Shown: piece by piece, positions 20,716 through 30,263 of the stretch
Numbering within the stretch: position 1 is the stretch's first letter
How the letters are laid out: each line of letters starts with the position of its first letter
From: Candidatus Poribacteria bacterium
GTDB taxonomy: Bacteria > Poribacteria > WGA-4E > WGA-3G
Assembly: GCA_965215265.1 (NCBI GenBank)
Contig: OZ244048.1
Coordinates: 2,880,001-2,944,000, forward strand
Direction: 5' to 3'
DNA length: 64,000 bases
The notes under the pieces: generated by a model
What the model saw: only the letters and a program-made list of their open reading frames with translations
Told to the model about the DNA's origin: nothing
The model's database searches: none
Made by a program: the position numbers and the translations under genes

Positions 20716-22883
20716 AGAAACCAACGTATCCGTTACTTTTCCATAAAGTTTACATCTTCAAGAAACTTGTTATCGCGACACTCATTGCTGCCCTTGCCAT
20801 GTCAGGAGTCCCTGCTACCGCTGCAAAACCACACGAGGTGCTTACGTTTGAACCGATTCAGTTTAAACCACCGGTTCCAGAAGAACGTGAACTTTCAAAT
20901 GGGATGACCCTTTACCTGATCGAAGATCACGAATTACCGCTTTTCAATATCAACGGTCTTATCAAAACTGGCAGCATTTATGATGCCGCGGATAAGGTAG
21001 GCTTAGCATCCATTTTCGCAAACGTAATGAGAACCGGCGGCACGATTTCGCGAGAACCTGACGCACTCAATGAAGAATTGGAATCGATGGCAGCCTCTGT
21101 TGAAATTAGTATGTCACGAGAATATGGCGGAATGAATCTCTCAACACTTGCAGAGGATATTGAAAAAGGGTTAGAAATCTTTGCTGATGTACTCAGGAAT
21201 CCTGCATTTCGCGAGGATAAACTGGAACTTCAGAAACAGAAAACGATTGAAGGTATCCGTAGAAGGAACGACAACCCTATCCAATTGGCATGGCGTAATT
21301 TCTCTGCGTTGCTCTACGGCACAGACCATCCGTTTGGATGGTATTCTGAGATCGAAGGCATAGAAAGCATCACCGTCGAAGATCTGAAGGCATTCCACGC
21401 TAAATATTATCATCCGAATAACATCATGCTCGCGATTACCGGAGATTTTGACACAGATACATTGATTGCGCAACTCGAAAGGGTGTTCGATGGCTGGAAG
21501 CACGCAGAGATTGATTTTCCGAACGTGCCAACAGTGGAAGCGACACCGAACCCATCTGTAAACTACATTTTCAAAGACCTGAATCAGACGACTATGTTAA
21601 TCGGTCATTTCGGCATCAAACGTACGCCTGATTTTCCGGACTACTTCCCGCTGCGAGTGATGAATGAGATTCTCGGTGAAGGTGGGTTTACTTCGCGGTT
21701 GATGATTGAAGTTCGAGAGAAACACGGCCTTGCCTATATGGTGGGGAGTTTGATGCAAACGAGTTACTATACGAATCCAGGGGAATGGTTCGCGTACTCA
21801 CAGACGCGTGCGGATAAAACCGCCGAAGCCATCTCCCTTATTATTAATATTGTTAGCGATTTACGAGAAACCCCGGTGCCTGAAGATGAACTTCAACGCA
21901 CCAAAGACTCGCTCATCAATTCGTTCGTCTTTCAGTTCGAGAGCAGCAGTCAGATAGCTTTTCAGCAGATGATGCTGGCATTTCGTGGTTACGCACCAGA
22001 TTTTCTTGAGACATTCACTGATAATATAGCGAAAGTCACAGCTGAAGACGTGCGAAATGTGGCGCGGAAATATCTCCATCCAGATGCATTAACCGTCGTC
22101 ACTGTCGGTAATAAGGAACATTTCGATCGCCCCTTAAGCGAATTCGGTGAGGTTAACGAAATTGAGCTCGCACAACCTGAGGCACCGCCGCCGGAACCGA
22201 TGCCAGAGGCGAGCGATGCCGATGTAGCGAAAGCCAAAGAGATTCTTGCCGCGGCAGTTAAGGCACACGGCGGCATTGAAAAATTGCAGGCTGTGAAGAA
22301 CATCGTTACGAAGGCACGCACCACAGCCAATTCACCGATGGGATCAATGAACGTAGAAGGGACATCTTACTACGTCTCTCCTGATAAATTTCGGCAAGAC
22401 CTTATCATGCCCCAGGGAGACATGAGCATGATCTTTGATGGGAGCTCTGCCTTTGTGATAATACCGGCAGGGCCACAGCCGCTACCGCCTGAAACCGTAA
22501 CCTCCTTCAAAGACGCTATTTTCAGGGAAACGATTTGGCTCCTCACTAATCTCACCCGAAACGATATTCCGGTTCAATACGGGGGTACAGAAGAAGTAGC
22601 CGGCAAACCCGCTGCGATTCTTCTCGTCACACAGCCCTCCGGTGAGGTGCTCAAACTCTTTGTTAGTGAAGAGACGCACTACATAGTGAAAATGGCCTAC
22701 CGTGAGACGGAGCAAGGCGTTACGTCAAATCGGGAAGAGATTAAAGACGATTTTCAAGATGTAGACGGCATCAAAATTGCCCATCATGTCATCCAAAATG
22801 TAGAGGGCGAACTTTTCACCGAGACTCGGATAACAAGTGTTACACTGAATGCTGAACTTGACGAGTCTCTGTTTCAGGAGTAA
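20712..22883 (+). CDS. M16B peptidase non-catalytic subunit with an extra C-terminal beta-rich (LolA-like) domain
   Basis: No HxxEH; has SRLMIEVREKHGLAY. A Pro-rich linker is followed by a ~220-aa domain (AHGGIEKL..DGIKIAH). Confidence 0.85.
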   Translation: MKKPTYPLLFHKVYIFKKLVIATLIAALAMSGVPATAAKPHEVLTFEPIQFKPPVPEERELSNGMTLYLIEDHELPLFNINGLIKTGSIYDAADKVGLASIFANVMRTGGTISREPDALNEELESMAASVEISMSREYGGMNLSTLAEDIEKGLEIFADVLRNPAFREDKLELQKQKTIEGIRRRNDNPIQLAWRNFSALLYGTDHPFGWYSEIEGIESITVEDLKAFHAKYYHPNNIMLAITGDFDTDTLIAQLERVFDGWKHAEIDFPNVPTVEATPNPSVNYIFKDLNQTTMLIGHFGIKRTPDFPDYFPLRVMNEILGEGGFTSRLMIEVREKHGLAYMVGSLMQTSYYTNPGEWFAYSQTRADKTAEAISLIINIVSDLRETPVPEDELQRTKDSLINSFVFQFESSSQIAFQQMMLAFRGYAPDFLETFTDNIAKVTAEDVRNVARKYLHPDALTVVTVGNKEHFDRPLSEFGEVNEIELAQPEAPPPEPMPEASDADVAKAKEILAAAVKAHGGIEKLQAVKNIVTKARTTANSPMGSMNVEGTSYYVSPDKFRQDLIMPQGDMSMIFDGSSAFVIIPAGPQPLPPETVTSFKDAIFRETIWLLTNLTRNDIPVQYGGTEEVAGKPAAILLVTQPSGEVLKLFVSEETHYIVKMAYRETEQGVTSNREEIKDDFQDVDGIKIAHHVIQNVEGELFTETRITSVTLNAELDESLFQE

Positions 22884-22886
22884 CCC

Positions 22887-23657
22887 GTGAAAGTGCTAAA
22901 TTTACGCGTGCGCTACTTTCAAGACAGCACCCCGGCAGATGTACCTTGCCGGGAAACCGCCTTTATCCGCCGTGAAATTGACATGCAGTTGGCTGTTGAA
23001 CAAACTGCTTTGGTTTTGGTTGACTTGTGGAACGTGCATTTCATTGAAAGTTGGATAGAACGGGCGAAACGGGTAACGGTTGACTGTGTCGTACCGGTGA
23101 TCGATGCCGCACGGAGAAGGGGCGTGACAATCGTTCACGCCCCTTCTCCGCCGGTAGCGGAGAAGTATATACAACTCCAAAGGCATGAACCGCCTCAACG
23201 GTCCGTACCGCCGGCGTGGCCGCCAGCGGATTTCCGAACCCGCGAAGGGGACTACGCCGTTTACCGCGGACCGCGCAGTCAACTACCTGGAATCGGCGTA
23301 CATTGGGATAAACTCGCATCCCAACTGGATATGTCTCCAACAATTGATGTTCAAGATGACGATTTTGTGATTGCCACGGGGACGCAATTACACCAGTTGT
23401 TAATGGACCGTCGCATCTTTCATCTCCTCTATGCCGGCTTTGCGACGAATTGGTGTGTCTTAGGCAGAGATTACGGCATTCGTTCGATGGCTCGGTACGG
23501 ATATAATATTGTTCTTCTCCGAGATGCAACCACTGGTGTGGAATTCCCTGACACGTATGATGAATTGTTCACAACAGAGATTGCCATCAGGGAGGTAGAA
23601 CAGCAGTACGGATTCAGCGTATCAAACACCGATTTTTTCAAGGCGGTAGGTTTGTAA
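22887..23657 (+). CDS. Isochorismatase/cysteine hydrolase family protein
   Basis: TALVLVD, GFATNWCV, LLRDAT. Confidence 0.8.
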   Translation: MKVLNLRVRYFQDSTPADVPCRETAFIRREIDMQLAVEQTALVLVDLWNVHFIESWIERAKRVTVDCVVPVIDAARRRGVTIVHAPSPPVAEKYIQLQRHEPPQRSVPPAWPPADFRTREGDYAVYRGPRSQLPGIGVHWDKLASQLDMSPTIDVQDDDFVIATGTQLHQLLMDRRIFHLLYAGFATNWCVLGRDYGIRSMARYGYNIVLLRDATTGVEFPDTYDELFTTEIAIREVEQQYGFSVSNTDFFKAVGL

Positions 23658-23762
23658 ATACTCATCTAAAGATAAGGACACATTGAATGCATCAGTCCTC
23701 CGTTGAGGCTCAAATTGATAAAGTTGACACCTTTTTCTCTTGAACGTTACTTGTGATATCGA

Positions 23763-24423
23763 TTAATCTTGTTCATGCGGGGCGAGAATTAGCGTCATCC
23801 GCTGTTCTTCAGATAAATACCGGTTTGCAACGTCAATCACATCAGCGGAAGATACTTTTGAAAGCGCGTTCGCAAGTTTTTGTAAGGTGTCGCCATATTG
23901 AAACTCAAGCAAGCCCCACTGAAGCCCAATGTTACCGAGCATCATTGCTTTGGTGGCCGGTTTGTATCGTCTAACCCTAGTTATGTCAGGCGGCGTGCTA
24001 ATTTGCCGAGATATTCCTTTTGCGAGCATAGTTACTTGGGGATTGGCTTCTTTCAATTTCTTCAATTGATTTAGGTGCTTTGCAATATGATGCTTAACTT
24101 TCTCTATATCTGCATCCGGCTTAAGTGAAGCACAGACATATAGATATGTCTGTTCAGGAGTGATAAGGTCTACATTACTGATAATAAACCCTATGCTTTG
24201 CTTCAGTTCTGCATCCATCATGAAGTCCTGATTCAAAAGTAAGTTTGCGACATAAAGTGCTGCAGCGACCGCCTCGGCATCCTCAACGTAGAGACTGATG
24301 ACACGAATGCCGTTGCTAAGCGTGAAGCGCGTCACTTCTGGCGGAGAAGCAGAAACGGTAAAACCGGGACATGAGTAGAGATAAAGTTGCAATAACGACG
24401 AAAAAAATCCGTACCGATTTCAT
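23763..24423 (-). pseudogene. M16-like peptidase remnant (frameshifted signal peptide, large internal deletion)
   Basis: The RBS-led ATG at 24423 (MKSVRIFFVV) is out of frame with VTRFTLSNGIRVI, which jumps directly to a C-terminal VSSADVIDVANRYL. Confidence 0.6.
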
Positions 24424-24440
24424 AAGTATCTCCTGTGTCG

Positions 24441-25013
24441 TTACAACTTTTTCAATTCGGCAATAATTTGCTCGGAGGTCAGACGAATGTCTAATTTCTC
24501 GTCAAGGAACTTCCAGCGAATTCTCCCTGTTTCATCAATGATATAAGTGGCGGGCCGGGCAATTCTCGGATTGCTCGGGTCTACGACATTATAGGCTGAG
24601 ATAGCCTCTTTCTCTGCATCAGAGAGTATGAGATAGGTTAAGTTAAGCCGCTGCCGGGTTGTGACGACAAGAGGGGGTGGATCCGCGCTAATCGCAATAA
24701 TTTCAGCACCTTCTGCTTGAATCGCTTCGTATCCTCTTTGCAACTCACTGAGTTGCGCTTGACAAAATCCTCACGTCCCAAACCGATAGAAAACGAGTAC
24801 TACCTTTTTATTTAGAGAGTCAGTGAGGCTGTGTAAATTTCCGTCGCCATCAGCGAGTGAGAAGACTGGCGCATTTTCCCCAACGCTTAAGCCTTCACCT
24901 GCGGGCAGCTCTTCGATAATCGGGGTTGGCACAAGTATATCCACTTCATTACAAGCAAAGGCGGTTAGAGCAATGATTGCCATGAGAATGTAGGTATTTA
25001 ATTTAGATTTCAT
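24441..25013 (-). CDS. Peroxiredoxin-like (AhpC/TSA) lipoprotein, probable selenoprotein (UxxC)
   Basis: Two ORFs in one frame joined by TGA at 24771-24773: VLVFYRFGT-U-GFCQAQLSELQ..ARPATYIID. Lipobox AFAC. Confidence 0.85.
24740..24773 (-). promoter_or_regulatory. Putative bacterial SECIS element
   Basis: GCAACTC-AGT-GAGTTGC stem. The loop starts 21 nt after the UGA and has G at position 2. Confidence 0.7.
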
Positions 25014-25049
25014 GTTTTACTCCTTTAGGAGGAAGGTCTAAGTCGATAT

Positions 25050-26357
25050 TCAAATATCGCTTTGCGCCTCCATCCAGTTTGTTAGATCGGTACGCATCTG
25101 TTCAAGTATAGGAAGTGCATCGGGGTTAAACGCCAAATTATTAAATTCGTACGGGTCGGTTTGAACATCATACAGTTCCTCAGCGGGATGATATTGAATG
25201 AGATAAACAAGTCGCGCGATTTCCGGATCGCTTTTGGATTTTTCTATCCAACTTTTCCAGACCTCGGCGTGGCTTTCGGGAATGCCCTCAACTTCGGTGA
25301 AATGTGTTGTCCAAGTATTTTGAGGCATTAGATTTAAGATATATTTGAACCGGGTATCGCGTACGCAGCGTTGCGGAAAAACGTTCATATTTCCGTCGCG
25401 CGTATGCGTGCCGTAAATTTTATCACGAAAGGCTGTCTGTTGTCCAAGCAGCACGTTTTTGAAACTGCGGCCGTCTAAATGCTCGTCGGGTTCACCGCCT
25501 GCAATGTCTATAAGCGTTGGCAAAAAATCAATGTGCGAAATCAGGGCATCCGAAACAGTTCCATTTTCAATTTTCCCGGGCCATCTCGCAATAAAAGGCA
25601 AGCGGATGCCTGTGTCATACAACGTCCATTTGCAGTGAGGCCACTCCGAACCGTGGTCAGTCGTGTAGATAAACACGGTATTTCCTGCATACCCATACTC
25701 TTCTAACATCGCCGTGATTTCACCGATACGAGCATCCATCGTGGTGATGTCTTGGTAGTAGTTGGAGAGTGCTTTCCGGGCGACAGGCGTATCGGCAATA
25801 TACGGTGGAAGGGATAAGGTGTCTGGTGCATAAATCTTGTTCGGTTCCCACGTAACGTGCGGATTGCTATCACCGAGAATAAGACAGGCCGGCTGATTTG
25901 GATATTCTTGACGATGGGTTGAAAGAAAACGTTGAACAGAGACCGTATCAAGCCCTTCGGCGCGGTATTTTCGAGGACAGTCGGCACGCTCGGGAAGAAA
26001 TCCACCGATGTATTCAAAATCGAAGAGTCCCTCCGGTTTGACGTGCGTTTTGCCTGCAATTGCCACTCGATATCCGAGTTCGCGAAGGTAGCGCGGCAAA
26101 GTTTTAAGGTCTGCATGGCATGCTGTGTGATTGCCCATTGCGCCGTGCCGGGCAGGATAAAGTCCCGTGTAAAGGGTTGAACGAGACGGCGCGCATGTCG
26201 GCGTTGGTGTAAAGGCGTGTGTGAACCGCATTCCTGCTTCCGCAAGACTATCCAGATACGGCGTTTGAATGTCCGCGTTTCCGTAGCAACCGAAGTATTC
26301 CCAACCGTGGTCATCGGAAAGATAGACAATGATATCAGGTCTGTCTGAGCATGTCAT
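25050..26357 (-). CDS. Sulfatase (FGly-dependent, sulfamidase-like)
   Basis: SDD, CAPSRSTLYTG, GKTH, TDHG, ELYDVQTDPYE. Confidence 0.92.
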   Translation of the reverse strand: MTCSDRPDIIVYLSDDHGWEYFGCYGNADIQTPYLDSLAEAGMRFTHAFTPTPTCAPSRSTLYTGLYPARHGAMGNHTACHADLKTLPRYLRELGYRVAIAGKTHVKPEGLFDFEYIGGFLPERADCPRKYRAEGLDTVSVQRFLSTHRQEYPNQPACLILGDSNPHVTWEPNKIYAPDTLSLPPYIADTPVARKALSNYYQDITTMDARIGEITAMLEEYGYAGNTVFIYTTDHGSEWPHCKWTLYDTGIRLPFIARWPGKIENGTVSDALISHIDFLPTLIDIAGGEPDEHLDGRSFKNVLLGQQTAFRDKIYGTHTRDGNMNVFPQRCVRDTRFKYILNLMPQNTWTTHFTEVEGIPESHAEVWKSWIEKSKSDPEIARLVYLIQYHPAEELYDVQTDPYEFNNLAFNPDALPILEQMRTDLTNWMEAQSDI

Positions 26358-26362
26358 CTATT

Positions 26363-27217
26363 CTAGGCCCCTGCAAGTGGGTAGGGCTTTGGTTTTTCAA
26401 GGCTTTCACTTCCGATTTGGACAGATTCCGGTGGAAATTGCGTACAGACCTGTCCTTTTTTCATTGCCCACCGGAAATTATGCCAGAAACGTTTGCTTGT
26501 TTTGACAATTTCGGGATTCGTCCAGACACCGGCAACTGCAATGCGGCTTTGCTCGCTCTGATTCGGTGGACTATAGTGCCACATATTGCTGTGCCAAAAA
26601 ACAACGTCGCCTGGGTCTAGTTCAATATGATGAACGCGGTGCTTCTGAAGCATTTGCTGGACCTTTTCACGCGGCAATTCTCCGTGGATGCTATCCGAAT
26701 AAAGCACGTGTTCAACGATTTCGGTTTTGTGGCTTCCTGGTATAAACTGCATGCATCCATTCTCGCACGTTGCTGGCTCGAGCGGCATCCAGAAGTTGAA
26801 CGGCTCCGTTTCGCCATCACGCCAGAGTCCGTTATCTTGGTGCCATGGTGTCGCGCTACCTGTACGAGCAGGTTTGAGAAAGCAGCTGTTAAACTTGACG
26901 ATGATATCGTCCCCGAGAAAATAGCGAGCTATATTGAGCAACACCGGACCGGCATGAACGTTATGCCAGATGAGCGGCGATTGTACACAGAAATTGCTTA
27001 GTTTACGGTAGCGGGCGATACGTCCCTGAGGAGTATCCTCCATCGGATTCATCGGATCCAAATCAACGAATGTGCCGGGCTCAGGCAACATAATGACGTT
27101 GCGGATGACACCGCGGAGTTCCACCGTCAATTCGTATGAAATCAAGCCGCGTAGGATAAAATAGCCTTGGGTCTCGTATTGTGCCTTTTGCTCAAAGGTT
27201 GGTTGCCATTGTTGCAT
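26363..27217 (-). CDS. Phytanoyl-CoA dioxygenase (PhyH) family protein
   Basis: PWHQD, NGCMQFIPGSH, HYSPPN. Confidence 0.9.
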   Translation of the reverse strand: MQQWQPTFEQKAQYETQGYFILRGLISYELTVELRGVIRNVIMLPEPGTFVDLDPMNPMEDTPQGRIARYRKLSNFCVQSPLIWHNVHAGPVLLNIARYFLGDDIIVKFNSCFLKPARTGSATPWHQDNGLWRDGETEPFNFWMPLEPATCENGCMQFIPGSHKTEIVEHVLYSDSIHGELPREKVQQMLQKHRVHHIELDPGDVVFWHSNMWHYSPPNQSEQSRIAVAGVWTNPEIVKTSKRFWHNFRWAMKKGQVCTQFPPESVQIGSESLEKPKPYPLAGA

Positions 27218-27269
27218 AGTATGTTATCTCTTTTGTTGATTAATAACCCCATACCATGGTGCTTCCTAC

Positions 27270-27460
27270 AGTTAGCCCAGTTCGCCACTGCAGCATCCAA
27301 CACACGTACCGTATTCGGGTTTTTAATCGATCTAAAAACCTATTTCAGCACCACAAACTTAGCCTAATTGATGCTTTTCAACGTACTCATTCAGTCGTTA
27401 ACAAGGTCTGCTGCACACTTGGGAATGTGGGTTTTGACTGATTCAGTTGTGTATCTGCCA
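27270..27460 (-). pseudogene. Decayed Uma2-family endonuclease fragment
   Basis: The minus strand reads RLNEYVEKHQLG*VCGAEIGF* and, after a shift, NPNTVRVLDAA. This resembles the Uma2 'LG.V..AETGF....PDTVRAPD' pattern. Confidence 0.45.
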
Positions 27461-27563
27461 GGGCACCCTCCTCAGGTAGATTCTTTAATACTATAACACT
27501 TGCACCTCATTTTGTCAAACCGCGATAAAAATTAATTTCCTGCCCGTTTCCCCCCCGCTTCAG

Positions 27564-28304
27564 TTAAAGATTTTTGAGTTTTCCCCACGTAGTCGTCAAC
27601 AAGCCGTTTGGTGAAACAGATAAAACAGCTTCCACGCCTTCTGTCAATTTTTCTATTTCTACCTCTGTTATTGCTCTATCAAAAAAGACAACTTCGTCCA
27701 ATCTGCCGAGAAATTTCTCACCTCCGAATGTGCCGAATAGGAGTTCACCGGCTCCATCTATATCGCCGGTCTGTTTTGTAGTTGCTTCCAGTATGCCATC
27801 AACATAGATTCTCATCTCCTTGCTATCGTAAAGGCCGACAATGTGGTACCACTGTTCAAATTCAAGTGCTGTTGTGCCCCACACGCCACCCGTAAATCCG
27901 CCCCCTGACCAGATGCCGAATACATAGCCGCCTGGCACTTTTTCTGTTGGCGACTGCACCTCTAAGAGATAAGCACCATTCCGTCGGATAGCGGTATCTG
28001 AAACGCCAGCGTTCATATAAACCCACATAGCGATGGTCATCTGTTCTGTAAAGGCCATGCTATCCGAATGTTTAACTGTAACAAGATGTGGCGGCTCAAA
28101 TTCCAACGCACCCCCGAATTTGCCTTCTGCCCATTTTGCTCCCTTAATTTCCCCATCGTTTCCATTGCCAGAAGTATCCGCTGCGATATTTCCCTTTCCT
28201 TCATCAAAAAGCCAGATACCGACAGCATCTTCCAATAAATTTGCACTCAGTGCCGCATTTCCTATACAGAGACATCCGATGCACAAGTAAAACATCCATT
28301 TCAT
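27564..28304 (-). CDS. Secreted LamG/concanavalin-A-like domain protein with LTTTWGKLK tail
   Basis: WLFDEGKG, GKFGGALEF, WYHIVGLYD, GRLDEV. Confidence 0.88.
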   Translation of the reverse strand: MKWMFYLCIGCLCIGNAALSANLLEDAVGIWLFDEGKGNIAADTSGNGNDGEIKGAKWAEGKFGGALEFEPPHLVTVKHSDSMAFTEQMTIAMWVYMNAGVSDTAIRRNGAYLLEVQSPTEKVPGGYVFGIWSGGGFTGGVWGTTALEFEQWYHIVGLYDSKEMRIYVDGILEATTKQTGDIDGAGELLFGTFGGEKFLGRLDEVVFFDRAITEVEIEKLTEGVEAVLSVSPNGLLTTTWGKLKNL

Positions 28305-28517
28305 GAGTCCATCCCTCCTTTTGAGAAATGAATTTAGCAAAAATTATGAGTCAAGTCAACAAATTTCTGCGGAGTCTATCAGTTTTCTCATCTTTTCTTT
28401 AATATGACTTCAGATTTTAAGATTTTCAGTTTAAGACCAGATATATGTGCAAATTGATTTGAATTTTGTGCAGGATTATGATAAATTGATAGAAAAATCG
28501 TTATTTTGAGAATAGAG

Positions 28518-29297
28518 ATGTTGATGCAAGAAATGGTCAAAGACGTTCCGTCGCTCCCAGGTGTCTACTTTTTTCGTGGTGCCTCAGGCAAGATACTTTA
28601 CATAGGCAAGGCGAAATGCTTGCGCAAACGGGTACGCTCGTATTTACATAAAACCAAGGGCCGGCCGTCCAAAATCAAACGATTGGTGCACTGGACGACA
28701 GACGTGCGGTATCAAGTCTGCCGTTCTGAACTAGAGGCCCTGTTCCTTGAGGCACGGTTGATAAAAAAGCATCAACCTTCCTACAACACCGCGCTGAAAC
28801 ATGGGCGGAAATCATGGTATATCCGAATAGATGTTGAAGACGATTTCCCGCTTGTCGAACAAGTTTCCGAAACTGAACCTGATGGTGCGAGATACTTCGG
28901 TCCTTTTGCTAGCAGTAGATGGACAGGAGAGGCGATTGACGTTTTCCACCGTATCTTTCCGATTCGCACATGCGCAGGCACGCTTCATCCGCACGATGAG
29001 TTTCGGCCCTGTTTTAATTACCACATCAAACGGTGTGACGCGCCATGTGCTGGGCATATAACGCGCGATGCCTATCAGGCAATGATAGCTGATGTGGTCG
29101 GATTGTTGGAGGGTAATTACACTCAAGTTTTCACGTCGCTAGTTGCAAAACGGGATAGTGCTGCTGCAGCACTTCATTTTGAGCGGGCCGCCGCACTTCA
29201 AAAACAGATTCAACGTATCCAAAAAGTGTTTACCTTTTTAGATGTACACCGAAAAGGAGGCGCAACAGATGAACAAAGAGGTCCTCGGTGGGTCTAA
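28518..29297 (+). CDS. GIY-YIG nuclease, UvrC N-terminal half-like (Cho-like)
   Basis: PGVYFF..LYIGKAKCLRKRVRSY, a Cys cluster and a UVR motif (LHFERAAAL). No RNase H or HhH domains. Confidence 0.85.
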   Translation: MLMQEMVKDVPSLPGVYFFRGASGKILYIGKAKCLRKRVRSYLHKTKGRPSKIKRLVHWTTDVRYQVCRSELEALFLEARLIKKHQPSYNTALKHGRKSWYIRIDVEDDFPLVEQVSETEPDGARYFGPFASSRWTGEAIDVFHRIFPIRTCAGTLHPHDEFRPCFNYHIKRCDAPCAGHITRDAYQAMIADVVGLLEGNYTQVFTSLVAKRDSAAAALHFERAAALQKQIQRIQKVFTFLDVHRKGGATDEQRGPRWV

Positions 29298-29382
29298 TGG
29301 AACAACGCGGTGCCGCTAAAGGAGGCGCAACAGATGAACAAAGAGGTCCTCGGTGGGTCTAATGGAACAACGCGGTGCCGCT
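29253..29382 (+). repeat. Exact 65-bp tandem duplication of RBS plus gene start
   Basis: AAAGGAGGCGCAACAGATGAACAAAGAGG..GTGCCGCT, twice. Confidence 0.92.
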
Positions 29383-29648
29383 GTGGAAGGCTACGCTATC
29401 CGCGCCATCCGGTATGCCCCAAATGTTATTACGAAGGCTTGCAGGAACCGGTTTCCCAAAAGAAATTGTCGCGTGCAGAATTGTTAAAAATGCAAATCTC
29501 AAAACCGATGCCCCTCGGTGATCGGGAAGAGCGGGTCCGATTCTTGGAAAAAAGGTACGGCACACAACTGCGCGGACAAGATATCCGTTATATGAAAAAC
29601 CGACAATTGTACGCCCTCTCAGAACAAGCAGGATATCGTCGAAAATAA
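29334..29648 (+). CDS. Small basic hypothetical protein with a putative Zn-finger (CxC..CxxC)
   Basis: AGGAGG RBS and CRCGR..CPKC. Confidence 0.6.
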   Translation: MNKEVLGGSNGTTRCRCGRLRYPRHPVCPKCYYEGLQEPVSQKKLSRAELLKMQISKPMPLGDREERVRFLEKRYGTQLRGQDIRYMKNRQLYALSEQAGYRRK

Positions 29649-29667
29649 GTTGAGGTAAAAAAAACGT

Positions 29668-29696
29668 TTGACAAATTAGGTCAGATTTGCTAAAAT
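29668..29696 (+). promoter_or_regulatory. Sigma-70 promoter of the HMA selenoprotein genes
   Basis: TTGACA-17-TAAAAT with extended TG. Confidence 0.65.
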
Positions 29697-29769
29697 AATT
29701 GATAAACGACTTGTGATAGTTAGTTTTTTCTGTAGGTCGTTTAACAAATAACTCAAGGAGGTCAACCCG

Positions 29770-30201
29770 ATGTATATTGCGAAATTATCGCTGATCTGCC
29801 TCATCGCTTTTGCATTCATGGTAGGCTGTGGGATGATGGGCAAAAAGGCAGAAATGCCAGAAGCCGCCACAGGTTCCATGGAAGGTGAAATGATGAAATC
29901 CGAGGCCGCGGAAGCCAAGACAGAGTCCTCTGTTATGGAAGAGGAAACGCCAGAAGCCACGGAAGCTATAGCAGAGGCCGCCATTGAAGAGGTGACGTTA
30001 AACGTCACAGGCATGACGTGAGGAGCATGTACCAGTAAGGTGCAGGCTGCACTCTCTCAGATTGCCGGTGTTTCTGAAGTGGTGAGTGTTTCTTCTGATA
30101 CCAACACTGCAGTAGTGAAGGTAGAAAAAGGCAAAGTGGCGAACAACACTCTAACGGAGGCGGTTAAAGACGCGGGCTTCAGTGCCGAAGTTGCCAAATA
30201 A
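29770..30201 (+). CDS. HMA (CopZ/MerP-like) domain lipoprotein, probable selenoprotein (GMT-U-GA-C)
   Basis: AAGGAGG RBS, lipobox MVGC and a Met/Glu-rich linker. In-frame TGA at 30019 is followed by GACTSKVQAALSQIAGV..AVKDAGFSA to TAA 30199. Confidence 0.88.
30019..30059 (+). promoter_or_regulatory. Putative SECIS element
   Basis: Upper stem GTGCA-GGC-TGCAC with the loop 23 nt after UGA. Lower pairing TGAGGAG / CTCTCTCA. Confidence 0.7.
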
Positions 30202-30208
30202 ACGTTTG

Positions 30209-30245
30209 TATGGAGGGACGGGCATCGCTCGCCCTCCATTTTTTA
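30209..30245 (+). terminator. Intrinsic terminator
   Basis: ATGGAGGG..CCCTCCAT followed by a T-tract. Confidence 0.7.
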
Positions 30246-30263
30246 TAGAGGAGATATTCTGAA

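Noticed and set aside
28518-29297. Calling this gene uvrC
   Set aside because: It has only the GIY-YIG, Cys-rich and UVR parts, and lacks the RNase H-like and HhH domains.
29668-29696. MerR/CueR-type promoter for the HMA genes
   Set aside because: The spacer is 17 bp rather than 19-20 bp, with no clear dyad.
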